From: an uncultured Candidatus Binatia bacterium
GTDB lineage: Bacteria > Desulfobacterota > Binatia > UBA9968 > JAJDTQ01
Assembly: GCA_965215605.1 (NCBI GenBank)
Contig: OZ244070.1
Span: forward strand, 3,392,001 to 3,456,000
Direction of reading: 5' to 3'
Length of the DNA stretch: 64,000 nt
In this document: positions 18,907-28,216 of the stretch, one piece after another
Layout: each line of letters opens with the position of its first letter
Numbering within the stretch: position 1 is the first letter of the stretch
The notes under the pieces: generated by a model
Databases searched by the model: none
What the model saw: the letters and a program-made list of their open reading frames with translations, nothing else
Told to the model about the DNA's origin: nothing
Translations under genes and position numbers: made by a program

Positions 18907-18990
18907 ATGATCATCCCGACCGAACCCATCGGCAGCATCCCTCGCCCCGGCTATCCCGCGGATTATCTGGGCACCGACGGGCTCGGCTGA
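18907..18990 (+). pseudogene. Remnant of a cobalamin-independent methionine synthase II (MetE-like) gene
   Basis: RBS GGAGG then 27-codon ORF MIIPTEPIGSIPRPGYPADYLGTDGLG*; IPTEPIGSIPRP is the N-terminal motif I recall for that family. Confidence 0.55.
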
Positions 18991-19039
18991 TGCTCCCCGC
19001 ACCGTTGCCGCCGGCCCCGCGCGGACGCGCCGGCTTCGC

Positions 19040-20080
19040 GTGGACCCGGAGTTGACCGTGCTCCACGTCCCGCCCGTCTCCCGTGCCCTCGATCCCGCGA
19101 TTCAGCGGGCCATCGACGCCAAGACCAAGCCCTTGGGGGCTCTCGGCGTGGTGGAGACCGCGGCCATGCAGATAGCCCGCATCCAGAACACCCTGATGCC
19201 GAGGCTCCGGAGTTGCCGGTTGACCCTCTTCGCCGGCGATCACGGCATCACGGAGGAAAACGTCTCCGCCTACCCCCAGGCCGTGACCCGGCAGATGGTG
19301 GGCAATTTTCTTGCCGGCGGGGCCGCCGCCAACGTGTTCGCCCGGACCAACGGGGTGGATCTCCAGGTGGTGGACGCGGGCGTGGCCGGCGATCCATTGG
19401 AAGCGCCGGGTTTGGTCTCGCGGCGCATGGCGGCCGGCACGCGCAACTCCGCGGCGGAGCCGGCCATGACGGCCGCGCAGTGCGAAGCCGCCTTGCGGGC
19501 CGGGGAGGCTCTGGGCGCCGCGGTGGGCGCCGACGCAGCGGCCTTCGGGGAGATGGGCATCGGCAACACCTCCTCGGCCACGCTGGTGGCCCACAAGCTG
19601 ACGGGCGCCGGGTTGGACGCCCTGGTCGGGCGGGGCGCCGGGCTGGACGAGGCGGGCGTGGCCCGGAAGCGCGCGACTCTGGAACGCGCGGCCGGTCGCA
19701 CCGCGGCCCGCCTCGACGCCGTCGACGCATTGCGGCAGTACGGCGGCTTCGAGATGGTGATGATGGCGGGCGCCATGGCGGGCGCCGCCCGGACCGGGGC
19801 GGTGGTGCTGGTGGACGGCTTCATCGCCGGCGTCGCCGCGCTGGCGGCGGTACGGATGGCGCCGGCGCTGCGGGACTTTCTGGTCTTCGCTCACCGGTCC
19901 GCCGAGCACGGGCACGGAGTGGTGCTGGCGGCCCTTGACGCGCGCCCGCTGCTGGACCTGGACATGCGCCTCGGGGAGGGCACCGGCGCGCTGCTGGCCT
20001 GGCCCGTGCTCCGGTGCGCGGCCGCCATGCTGTCGGAGATGGCGAGCTTCGAAAGCGCGGGCGTGAGCGGACCGGCGTGA
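19040..20080 (+). CDS. cobT: Nicotinate-nucleotide--dimethylbenzimidazole phosphoribosyltransferase
   Basis: KTKPLGALG, FAGDHG, GEMGIGNT, VDGFI, MRLGEGTG. Confidence 0.95.
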   Translation: MDPELTVLHVPPVSRALDPAIQRAIDAKTKPLGALGVVETAAMQIARIQNTLMPRLRSCRLTLFAGDHGITEENVSAYPQAVTRQMVGNFLAGGAAANVFARTNGVDLQVVDAGVAGDPLEAPGLVSRRMAAGTRNSAAEPAMTAAQCEAALRAGEALGAAVGADAAAFGEMGIGNTSSATLVAHKLTGAGLDALVGRGAGLDEAGVARKRATLERAAGRTAARLDAVDALRQYGGFEMVMMAGAMAGAARTGAVVLVDGFIAGVAALAAVRMAPALRDFLVFAHRSAEHGHGVVLAALDARPLLDLDMRLGEGTGALLAWPVLRCAAAMLSEMASFESAGVSGPA

Positions 20081-20847
20081 TGGGCCGGGCGCGCGAAGAG
20101 CTCGCGGTATTCCTCCTGGCGGTGCAGTTCCTGACGCGCTGCCCGATCTCGTCCCCGGACCTTTACAGCGAGGCGCGTCTCACCGATGCGACGCGTTACT
20201 ATCCGCTGGTGGGACTCCTTCTGGGCGGGGCGGTGGGAGGGGCGTTCTGGCTCGCACACTTGGTGTTTCCCGTGACCCTGGCGGTGGTGCTGGCCACCGC
20301 CGTGTCGCTGCTGGCCACCGGCGCCTTTCACGAGGACGGGTTCGCCGACGCCTGTGACGGACTCGGCGGGGGCGCGGGCCGTGAGCAAGCCCTGGAGATC
20401 ATGCGTGACAGCCGGCTGGGCGCCTATGGCGCGGCAGGCCTTGGACTGATGCTGGCGGCGAAGGTGCTGGCCCTGGCGGCGGCGCCGGCAGGCGTCATAC
20501 CCTGGCTCCTGGTGGCCGCCCATGCGGCCAGCCGCGCCTCCGCGGTGCTGGCCGCCGCCCGCGGCAACTACGTCCGGGAGGCCGGCACGGCCTCGCCGGT
20601 GGCGGCGGGGGTGGCGCCCGGCGGGCTGGCGCTGGCCCTGGGCATCGGGGCGGCGGCCGTGGGCGGGTTGTGGCTCGCAAGCTCGACGGCGGCGGCGGTC
20701 GCGGCGCTTGCGGGACTCGCCGCCGGCCATTTCGTGATGCGCGCTTTGTACGAACGCAGACTCGGCGGTTATACCGGAGACTGTCTCGGAGCGGTGCAGC
20801 AAACCAGCGAGATCGGCCTTTACCTCGGCGCCGTGGCGGTGCTCTGA
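20080..20847 (+). CDS. cobS: Adenosylcobinamide-GDP ribazoletransferase (cobalamin synthase)
   Basis: QFLTR, TGAFHEDGFADACDG, IMRDSRLG, GGYTGDCLGA. Confidence 0.95.
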   Translation: MGRAREELAVFLLAVQFLTRCPISSPDLYSEARLTDATRYYPLVGLLLGGAVGGAFWLAHLVFPVTLAVVLATAVSLLATGAFHEDGFADACDGLGGGAGREQALEIMRDSRLGAYGAAGLGLMLAAKVLALAAAPAGVIPWLLVAAHAASRASAVLAAARGNYVREAGTASPVAAGVAPGGLALALGIGAAAVGGLWLASSTAAAVAALAGLAAGHFVMRALYERRLGGYTGDCLGAVQQTSEIGLYLGAVAVL

Positions 20848-20898
20848 CCGGTCCGCTGTAATCGTGTCCATCCGGGCGAAGAGGGTCGTTCCAACACC

Positions 20899-21471
20899 AT
20901 GCGCTTGTTCCTGATTCGCCATACACGGCCCGCGGCCCCGGACGGGGTCTGCTACGGCGTCACGGACGTGGATGTGGCGCCGACGTTCGGCCGGGACGCG
21001 GCGCGCGTGATCGCGACACTGCCCGTGGTGGAGCGGTTGGTGACCAGCCCGTTGCGCCGCTGCCTGCGGCTGGCGGAGCGGATCGGCGTCGCCCGCGGTC
21101 TTGGGCCGGTGGTGGACGAGCGGCTTCGGGAGATGGATTTCGGCCGCTGGCAGGGTATGGCGTGGGGCGCCATCGACAGGGCGGAGTTGGACGCATGGGC
21201 CGCGGAGTTCCTGGACGCCCGGCCCCATGGCGGCGAGAGCGTCCGGATGGTGTACGAGCGGGTGGGCGCGGCGCTGACAGATTACGCGGATGGCGGCGTG
21301 CCGTATGCGTTGGTAACCCATGCCGGCGTCATCAAGGCCGCCCGCGCCCGGGCCGGTCACGCGGAGGCGTGGACGAGCCGCGTCGACTACGGCGGCCGGA
21401 TTTGTATCGAGCCGCCCTGGGCGGAGGCCGGAGCGGTTTCCGGGCCGGACGAGGCGAAGCCGTGGGGGTGA
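20899..21471 (+). CDS. cobC: Alpha-ribazole phosphatase (histidine phosphatase family)
   Basis: LIRHT, CYG.TDV, SPLRRC, EMDFGRW, GGES, THAGVI; cob context. Confidence 0.85.
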   Translation: MRLFLIRHTRPAAPDGVCYGVTDVDVAPTFGRDAARVIATLPVVERLVTSPLRRCLRLAERIGVARGLGPVVDERLREMDFGRWQGMAWGAIDRAELDAWAAEFLDARPHGGESVRMVYERVGAALTDYADGGVPYALVTHAGVIKAARARAGHAEAWTSRVDYGGRICIEPPWAEAGAVSGPDEAKPWG

Positions 21472-22466
21472 TGTCCGTTCAACCCACGCACGGCGGCGAT
21501 CTCTCGGCCGCCCGGCGGACGTTCGGCGAGCCGCCCTCGGGGTGGCTCGATCTCTCCACCGGGATCAACCCCTGGCCGTATCCCCATGGAGCCATCGCTC
21601 CGGAGACGCTCACCCGCCTGCCGCAGCAAGACGCCATGGAGGCGCTGCTGGAGGCGGCACGGCGCGCCTACGGCATTCCGACGGTCAACGGGTTGGCTGC
21701 GGCTCCGGGAAGTCAGGCGCTGTTCCAACTCCTGCCCACCATGCGGCCTCCGTCCAGGGTCGCGGTGGCGGCGCCCACCTACGAGGAACATGCGGTCGCG
21801 TGGCGCCGCCTTGGCCACCAGGTGGACGAGGTCGGCGCCCTTGAAGCGTGTCGCGATGCCGACGTCGCGGTGGTGGTCAACCCGAACAATCCCGACGGCC
21901 GCGTGACGGACCGGGGCGTGCTGTCCGAGGCTGCCGCGGTACTGGCTGGACGGGGCGGGTGGCTCGTGGTGGACGAAACCTTCGCGGACGTCGCCCCCGA
22001 GGTGAGCCTCGCGCCGTCGCCGGACCTTCCCAACACGTTGATCATGCGCTCCTTTGGCAAGTTCTTCGGCCTGCCCGGCTTGCGGCTCGGCTTCGTCGCC
22101 GGCCCGTCCGGGTTGGTGGACGCTCTGGCACGCCGGCTGGGGCCGTGGGCCGTCTCCGGACCCGCCATGGACATCGGCAGGCGGGCGCTGGCCGATACCG
22201 ATTGGATCGTCGAGACCCGCGCCCGGTTGGAGGCCATGCGGCGTGACCTCGATGCCGTGCTCGCGGAAGCCGGCCTGACGGTCCTGGGCGGCACCGCCCT
22301 GTTCCGGCTGGTGGAGACGCGGGCGGCCCACGACCTGTATCGCTGCCTTGGTGAAGCCGGGATCCTGGTTCGTTGTTTCGAGCACCATCCACGGTGGCTC
22401 CGAGTGGGCCTGCCGCCTTCGCGGCACGCCCTGCATCGGCTCTCGGCGGCTTTGAAGGCGGCGTAG
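21471..22466 (+). CDS. cobD: Threonine-phosphate decarboxylase
   Basis: HGGDL, WLDLSTGINP, PTYEEH, NPNNPDG, RSFGKFFGLPGLRLG. Confidence 0.92.
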   Translation: MSVQPTHGGDLSAARRTFGEPPSGWLDLSTGINPWPYPHGAIAPETLTRLPQQDAMEALLEAARRAYGIPTVNGLAAAPGSQALFQLLPTMRPPSRVAVAAPTYEEHAVAWRRLGHQVDEVGALEACRDADVAVVVNPNNPDGRVTDRGVLSEAAAVLAGRGGWLVVDETFADVAPEVSLAPSPDLPNTLIMRSFGKFFGLPGLRLGFVAGPSGLVDALARRLGPWAVSGPAMDIGRRALADTDWIVETRARLEAMRRDLDAVLAEAGLTVLGGTALFRLVETRAAHDLYRCLGEAGILVRCFEHHPRWLRVGLPPSRHALHRLSAALKAA

Positions 22467-22501
22467 CCCTGCTGTCCGGTCCCGCCGTCGTCTGTTGACC
22501 C

Positions 22502-23467
22502 ATGGACCTGTCCGACACCGCATGTCTGATGCTGGCGGCGATGCTGTTCGACGCGGCCATCGGCGATCCGCGCCGGTTTTACCGGATGGTCCCGCACCCC
22601 ACGGTGGTCATGGGTCGCGCGTTGTCGTTCTGCGACGATCGTCTGAATCGATGCGCCTTCGGCGCGAGGGGACGCTGTCTCGCGGGCGCGGCTTCGACGC
22701 TGGCCGTCGTGGCCGCGTTCGGCGCGCTGGGCCTGTTGGCCAGCGTCGGGTTGAGCCGCTGGTGGGGCGGGTTCTGGGTGGAGGCCCTCCTGGTCTCCGC
22801 GCTGATCGCGCAGAACAGCCTCTACCGCCACGTGGCCGACGTTGCGAGGGCCTTGGAGCGTGACGGCCTCGAAGCCGGCAGGGCTGCGGTATCGCACATC
22901 GTCGGGCGTGACCCCGAGTCGCTGGACGCCCACGGCGTGGCCAGGAGCGCCGTCGAATCGCTTGCCGAGAATTTCGGCGACGGGGTGGTGGCGCCGGTCT
23001 TCTGGGGCGCGATCTTCGGCCTCCCGGGCATCGCGGCATACAAGGCCCTCAACACCGCCGACAGCATGATCGGTCATCTCGACCGCCGCCATCGCGACTT
23101 CGGGTGGGCGGCGGCCCGTCTGGACGACCTGACCAACTGGGTGCCCGCCCGGGTCGCCGGTATCCTGCTGGCGGTGTCCGGCATCCAGCGGGGGCGCATG
23201 GCGTATGCGCTGCGGGTCATGTGGCGGGACGGCGGCAGCCACCGCTCGGTCAACGCAGGCCATCCGGAGGGGGCCATGGCCGGCGCGCTGGGCCTCCGTC
23301 TGGCGGGACCGCGGCGGTACCGGGGGGTAGCGGCCGACGAGCCGTGGCTGGGCGAGGGCGCCACGGAGGCCACCGCGGCCGACATCCGGCGGGGACTGCG
23401 CGTCTACCTGGGCGCTTGTCTGCTCCTGGTGGTGCTGGTGGCGGTGCCCTGTGCGCTGGACCTGTAG
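22502..23467 (+). CDS. cbiB: Adenosylcobinamide-phosphate synthase
   Basis: IGDP..HP, IVGRD, ESLAEN.DGVVAP, NTADSMIG, DDLTNWVPAR, S.NAGHPE. Confidence 0.93.
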   Translation: MDLSDTACLMLAAMLFDAAIGDPRRFYRMVPHPTVVMGRALSFCDDRLNRCAFGARGRCLAGAASTLAVVAAFGALGLLASVGLSRWWGGFWVEALLVSALIAQNSLYRHVADVARALERDGLEAGRAAVSHIVGRDPESLDAHGVARSAVESLAENFGDGVVAPVFWGAIFGLPGIAAYKALNTADSMIGHLDRRHRDFGWAAARLDDLTNWVPARVAGILLAVSGIQRGRMAYALRVMWRDGGSHRSVNAGHPEGAMAGALGLRLAGPRRYRGVAADEPWLGEGATEATAADIRRGLRVYLGACLLLVVLVAVPCALDL

Positions 23468-23506
23468 TCTCGGGCCGGTCCGTGTCTTGCCCGGTGGGAG
23501 GCCGGT

Positions 23507-24976
23507 CTACTCGGCCACGGCCAGCAGGCGGTCGATGTCGATGTGCTCCTCGAACGCGTCGGTCACCGCGTCCAGGGCCTCGTCCACGGCGGTTTCGTAG
23601 GCCGGGCCGAAGCCGCCGGTGACCCCCAGCGACCGGAGGAACTCCCGGCGGAACGCGTCTCCGGCCAGCAGTCCGTGGACGTAGCAGCCCATGACCCGCC
23701 CGTCCCGAGAGACGCTGCCCGCATCGTGTCCCGGGCCGTCGGGGGCGAGGAACGGCCGCCCGCCGCCGCCGTTCGTGGTTTCCCCGACGTGCATCTCGTA
23801 ACCCGTGAAGGCCGCGTCGACCGTTTTGCCGGCGCCGCCGATCCGCCGGAGGGTCTTGCCGGCGGTGAGCACGGTTTCGTGGTCCAGAAAGCCCAGCCCC
23901 GGCTCCTCGCCGGGCGGTCCCTCGATGCCTTCGGGATCGGCCACCTTCCGTCCGAGCATCTGGTAGCCGGCGCAGATCCCCAGGACGGCGCCGCCCCGGC
24001 GCCGGTGGGCCTCGATGTCGATGTCCCAGCCCTCGCGCTTGAAGGCGCGCAGGTCGGCGATGGTGGCCTTGGAGCCCGGCAGGATGACGAGGTCGGCATC
24101 GCCGGGCAGCGGCCGGCCGGCCGGCACCATGCCCAGACGCACGGCCGGCTCGGCCATCAGCGGATCGAAGTCGTCGAAGTTGGCGATGTGCGGGAGCCGG
24201 GGAACGGCGATGCGGAAGTCGCCCGCGCCCGATGCCGGCCGGCGGTTGTCGAGTGACAGGGCATCCTCCTGCGGCAGGCGCAGGGCGGCGGCGAGATAGG
24301 GGATGACGCCGAAGGACCGCAGGCCGGTGCGGGCCGTGATGGCGCGCAGGCCGTCCGCGAACAGCCCGGCGTCGCCCCGGAACCGGTTGATCAGGTAGCC
24401 CCGCAGCAGCCCGCGCTCGTGGTCGGGCAACAGTTCCCAGGTGCCCACCAGGTTTGCGATGACGCCGCCCCGGTCGATGTCGGCCACCACCACCACGGGC
24501 ACCCGGGCAGCGACGGCGAAGCCCATGTTGGCGATGTCGTGGGCGCGCAGGTTGATCTCGGCGGCGCTGCCGGCGCCCTCCACCAGGACGAAGTCCGCCG
24601 CGGCCCGCAGACGCTCGAAGCTCTCCAGCACCGCCGGCATCAGTTCGTGCTTCACGTCCTGGAAGTCCTGTGCTTCGTAGTTGCCGCGGACCCTGCCGTG
24701 GACCACCACCTGGGCTCCGACGTCGGACTGGGGCTTGAGCAGGACCGGGTTCATGTCCACCGAGGGCGGCACCCCGCAGGCTCGGGCCTGCAATGCCTGC
24801 GCCCGGCCGATCTCGCCGCCGTCGGGCGTCACGGCGGCGTTGTTGGACATGTTCTGGGGCTTGAACGGTCGTACCGTGTGGCCGCGGCGCGCCAGCAGGC
24901 GGCAAAGGCCGGCGGTCACCAGCGACTTGCCGGCGTCCGAGGCCGTCCCCTGGAACATGAGCGCCCGGGCGCTCAT
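23507..24976 (-). CDS. cobQ: Cobyric acid synthase
   Basis: MFQGTASDAGKS, PFKPQNMSNN, EGAGSAAEINL, GICAGYQMLG, GYEMH, YVHG. Confidence 0.95.
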   Translation of the reverse strand: MSARALMFQGTASDAGKSLVTAGLCRLLARRGHTVRPFKPQNMSNNAAVTPDGGEIGRAQALQARACGVPPSVDMNPVLLKPQSDVGAQVVVHGRVRGNYEAQDFQDVKHELMPAVLESFERLRAAADFVLVEGAGSAAEINLRAHDIANMGFAVAARVPVVVVADIDRGGVIANLVGTWELLPDHERGLLRGYLINRFRGDAGLFADGLRAITARTGLRSFGVIPYLAAALRLPQEDALSLDNRRPASGAGDFRIAVPRLPHIANFDDFDPLMAEPAVRLGMVPAGRPLPGDADLVILPGSKATIADLRAFKREGWDIDIEAHRRRGGAVLGICAGYQMLGRKVADPEGIEGPPGEEPGLGFLDHETVLTAGKTLRRIGGAGKTVDAAFTGYEMHVGETTNGGGGRPFLAPDGPGHDAGSVSRDGRVMGCYVHGLLAGDAFRREFLRSLGVTGGFGPAYETAVDEALDAVTDAFEEHIDIDRLLAVAE

Positions 24977-25515
24977 GAGTCCGGGTCCGTTCCCTTGAGG
25001 GTCATGGGGATGCCGGCCGCCACGAAGCAGACGCGGCTCGCGGCCCGGGCCACGGCTTGGTTCAGCCGTCCGGCGTGGTCCCGGAAGGCCCGCGCCATGG
25101 CGTTGTCCGGGACGATCCCGAGGCCCACTTCGTTGGCCACCAGCACCACTGGCCCCGCGGCCGCGGCGAGGGATTCCAGCAGCGCGTTGCGGGCGGCGTC
25201 GATGTCGTGGCCGTGATGCATGAGATTGCCGAGCCAGACCGTGAGGCAGTCCACCAGGAGGCACGTTCCGGGCTCGCTCTCCCGCCGTACCGCGGCTGCC
25301 AGCTCGACGGGTTCCTCCACGGTGCGCCAGTCCGCGCCGCGCCGCGCCCGGTGCAGCGCGATGCGCTCCGCCATCTCGTCGTCGGTGACGATGGCGGTGG
25401 CCAGGTAGACACGTTGACCCCAGCCCTCCGCCAGCCCCTCGGCGAAGGCGCTCTTGCCCGCCCGGGCGCCGCCCAGCACGAGGATGACATCGGAGCATGG
25501 TGGAAGTGTGCTCAT
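24973..25515 (-). CDS. cobU: Adenosylcobinamide kinase / adenosylcobinamide-phosphate guanylyltransferase
   Basis: GGARAGKS, YLATA, DCLTVW, NEVGLGIVP, FRDHAGRLNQ. Confidence 0.95.
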   Translation of the reverse strand: MSTLPPCSDVILVLGGARAGKSAFAEGLAEGWGQRVYLATAIVTDDEMAERIALHRARRGADWRTVEEPVELAAAVRRESEPGTCLLVDCLTVWLGNLMHHGHDIDAARNALLESLAAAAGPVVLVANEVGLGIVPDNAMARAFRDHAGRLNQAVARAASRVCFVAAGIPMTLKGTDPDS

Positions 25516-25651
25516 GGATCTGTTGCCCGGGTCGAGAGGTCGCGAGCCGCGGGAGACGAAACCAGCGGGTACTCGTCCGGCATGAGGACCAGCATCCTAC
25601 ACGGGTGAGCGCCAAAAAAAAATGTGTACATCCCAAGCCCGCATGGTCGCC

Positions 25652-25688
25652 ACCGCCTTTGGACCCCGGGTCAAGCCCGGGGCGGCGG
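25652..25688. repeat. REP-like palindrome (GGACCCCGGGTCAAGCCCGGGG)
   Basis: Hairpin; a near-identical copy lies at 29163-29190. Confidence 0.6.
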
Positions 25689-25721
25689 AAAGGGCGCCCG
25701 GGGTGATTCGCGGCCGCTTGC

Positions 25722-25750
25722 TTGACACCCCCACGCCGTTTCCGTATTGC
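25722..25750 (+). promoter_or_regulatory. Putative sigma70 promoter for the hydratase operon
   Basis: TTGACA-17nt-TATTGC, then GGAGG RBS and ATG 25771. Confidence 0.5.
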
Positions 25751-25770
25751 TGAAAACCACGGAGGACGCC

Positions 25771-26079
25771 ATGCGCAGCACCCATGACATGGGCGGGGAC
25801 CCCGCGGCGGGGGCCATCGACCGCTCGCAGCACCAGTTGGACGACTGGGAGATTCTTGCCGACGCCCTGAACCAGGTGGCGGGGGTCAAGGGCATCAAGC
25901 GCACCGACGAGACCCGGCGGGCGCGCGAGGAGATGGATTCGGAGGCGTATCTGTCCCTCAGCTACTACGAGCGCTGGATTGCCAGCCTGGAGACGATTCT
26001 GGTGGAGAAGGGTTTCATGACCCGCGAAGAGATCGACCGGAAGGTGGCGGAGCTCGAAGAGAAGTGGGGCGAGCCGTGA
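25771..26079 (+). CDS. Nitrile hydratase beta N-terminal-like subunit (thiocyanate hydrolase ScnB-like)
   Basis: HDMGG, WE, DETRRARE, YLSLSYYERW, LVEKG. Confidence 0.85.
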   Translation: MRSTHDMGGDPAAGAIDRSQHQLDDWEILADALNQVAGVKGIKRTDETRRAREEMDSEAYLSLSYYERWIASLETILVEKGFMTREEIDRKVAELEEKWGEP

Positions 26080-26381
26080 GCGGCGGGGAGGGTTTCCGGG
26101 ACGGTGAGGCGGTCCGGGTGAAGTCTCACTTCAAGCCGGGCCACGTGCGCACGCCGTTCTACATCAAGGGCAGGACTGGGTGGGTGGAGCGCTGCTACGG
26201 CGAGTTCCGCAACCCGGAATCCCTGGGACACGGCGGCGACGGCCTGCCACGGGTGCGGCTCTACCTGGTGGGGTTCCGTCAGAAGGACGTGTGGGAGGGT
26301 TATGACGCCGCCAGCCAGGACAAGGTTTTCGTCGACATCTTCGAGCACTGGCTCGAGCCCGCCGCGCAAGCGGGTCCATGA
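26076..26381 (+). CDS. Nitrile hydratase beta C-terminal SH3-like subunit (ScnA-like)
   Basis: GEAVRV, GHVRTPFYIKGRTG, LY.V.F, VDIFEHWLEP; GTGA overlap with the previous gene. Confidence 0.85.
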   Translation: MSGGEGFRDGEAVRVKSHFKPGHVRTPFYIKGRTGWVERCYGEFRNPESLGHGGDGLPRVRLYLVGFRQKDVWEGYDAASQDKVFVDIFEHWLEPAAQAGP

Positions 26382-27031
26382 GTTCGGGGGAGGAAGAAAT
26401 GGCACACGAGCACGGTCTCGGAGAAGAACACGAGGCGGGCCCCAGGCATGAGTTGAGCCACTGGGCCAAGCGGGCGTACGCCGTGCGCGACATCCTCGTC
26501 GAGAAGGGCGTGGTGACCGAGGAGGACATTCGGCAGCAGGCGGAGCTCACCGAGTCCAGGACGCCGGCCAACGGCGCCAAGCTGGTGGCCCTTGCCTGGA
26601 CCGACCCTGCCTTCAAGGCGCGGCTCGTGGCCGACTCGAAGAAGGTCTGCGCGGAAATGGGCATCGACGCCACCACCCTCAACGAGTTCGTGATCCTGGA
26701 GAACACGGAACGTGTGCGCCACATGGTGGTGTGCACCCTGTGCTCGTGCTACCCGCGTCCGATCCTCGGACGGCCGCCGGATTGGTACAAGAGCTTCAAT
26801 TACCGCAAGCGCGCGGTGAACGATCCGCGAGGGGTCATGCGGGAGTTCGGCCTGGAATTGCCCGAAGACGTGGAGGTGAGGGTACACGACAGCACCGCGG
26901 ACATGCGCTACCTGGTGATCCCAGCGCGCCCGGCGGGCACCGAGGACCTGAGCGTCGAAGAGCTGGAGAAGCTGGTGACCCGCGACAGCATGATCGGGGT
27001 GATGGACGCCTTGCCCGCCGTTCCGGAATGA
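26378..27031 (+). CDS. Cobalt-type nitrile hydratase alpha / thiocyanate hydrolase gamma subunit
   Basis: VCTLCSCY metal-binding motif (Thr/Tyr = Co-type), AWTDPAFK, PPDWYKS, VTRDSMIGV; alternative start 26399. Confidence 0.92.
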   Translation: MSSGEEEMAHEHGLGEEHEAGPRHELSHWAKRAYAVRDILVEKGVVTEEDIRQQAELTESRTPANGAKLVALAWTDPAFKARLVADSKKVCAEMGIDATTLNEFVILENTERVRHMVVCTLCSCYPRPILGRPPDWYKSFNYRKRAVNDPRGVMREFGLELPEDVEVRVHDSTADMRYLVIPARPAGTEDLSVEELEKLVTRDSMIGVMDALPAVPE

Positions 27032-27040
27032 GGGGCCGTC

Positions 27041-28216
27041 ATGTTCCATGTTGACCTGTCACCGTTCGGGGTGGACGTCGAGCGCCTCAAGACCGACCGT
27101 CTGAGCCGCCTGCAGGGCATCATGCGCGCCCGTGGCCTGAGCGCGCTGCTGCTGACCGACCCGCTCGACATCCGCTATGCCACCAACACGGTGTTGTGGC
27201 TCAATCTGCGCGCCACCGGAGTGCAGCGCTTCGCGCTGGTGCCGGCCGAAGGCGAGCCGGTGGTGTACGAGCGCCTGATGGGCAGCGAGCGCGCCGCCGG
27301 GCTCAAGAAGGGGGGTTCGATTCAGGGCTTCGGGGCCTACATGTTCGGCATGCGTCCGCCGGTGGCCACCGAGCATTTCGTCGACCTGGTGGCGGAAGGG
27401 TTGGCGGAGATGGGTCTCGGCGGGGAGCGTATCGGCATCGACGCGCTGTGTCTGACCGCGGTGGACCTCCTTCGGAACAAGGGCGTCGAGGTCGTGGACG
27501 GGCTTCCGGCGCTGGGCGAGTCGCGCGTGGTCAAGACCCGGGACGAGGTGGAGCTCATCCGCTGGACGAGCCGCGCCAAGGAGGGCGGCTACGACCTCGT
27601 GCGGGAGGCCATCCGCAAGCCGCCGGTGGTGGAAGAGCGGTTGAGCCGCATGATGCTGGAGTACCTGCTGGAGCGGGGTTTCGAGGCCGGCAGCGAGTTC
27701 ATCTCCATCTTCGATTCCTCACAGATCGCCATCCGGCCGCATCGCGAGCCCATGGGCATGGACATGGTGATGACCGAGGGAGACCTGGTCATCTGTGACG
27801 CCACGGTGTCCGGCCCCGGGGGCTACTACAGCGACTTCGCCCGGACCTTCTGTCACGGCACTCCCTCCCAGGCCGACAAGGACCGTTACGCCGAGGCCTA
27901 CGCCACGCTGCAGGAAGCGATGGGTTACGTCCGGCCCGGCCCGTGCACCGCGCTGTTCGAGCGCTTCGGCAAGGACTCGCCCTCCCGCCTGCCGGGACTG
28001 GACGGCTTCCACGGCGTCGGCATGTGCATCTACGAGGCGCCGTGGCTCAGAGGCTACGATCCGCGGGAGTACGAGCTTTCGCTGGAAGAAAACATGATCA
28101 TCGCGCTGGAGATCAACCACCACCCGGTGAAGCTCGAGCACCTGCTCCGGATCACCGCCGACGGGGCGGAGATCCTTTCGACCTACCCGATGGAGCCGGA
28201 GCTGGCCCCGGCCTAG
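27041..28216 (+). CDS. M24 family (Xaa-Pro peptidase/creatinase/DddP-like fold) metalloenzyme
   Basis: Creatinase-N-like domain (DPLDIRYAT), [25 protein letters not shown] metal ligands. Confidence 0.82.
   Translation: MFHVDLSPFGVDVERLKTDRLSRLQGIMRARGLSALLLTDPLDIRYATNTVLWLNLRATGVQRFALVPAEGEPVVYERLMGSERAAGLKKGGSIQGFGAYMFGMRPPVATEHFVDLVAEGLAEMGLGGERIGIDALCLTAVDLLRNKGVEVVDGLPALGESRVVKTRDEVELIRWTSRAKEGGYDLVREAIRKPPVVEERLSRMMLEYLLERGFEAGSEFISIFDSSQIAIRPHREPMGMDMVMTEGDLVICDATVSGPGGYYSDFARTFCHGTPSQADKDRYAEAYATLQEAMGYVRPGPCTALFERFGKDSPSRLPGLDGFHGVGMCIYEAPWLRGYDPREYELSLEENMIIALEINHHPVKLEHLLRITADGAEILSTYPMEPELAPA

Noticed and set aside
25512-25583. 23-codon ORF overlapping the cobU start (ATGA)
   Set aside because: No SD or recognisable motif; likely chance
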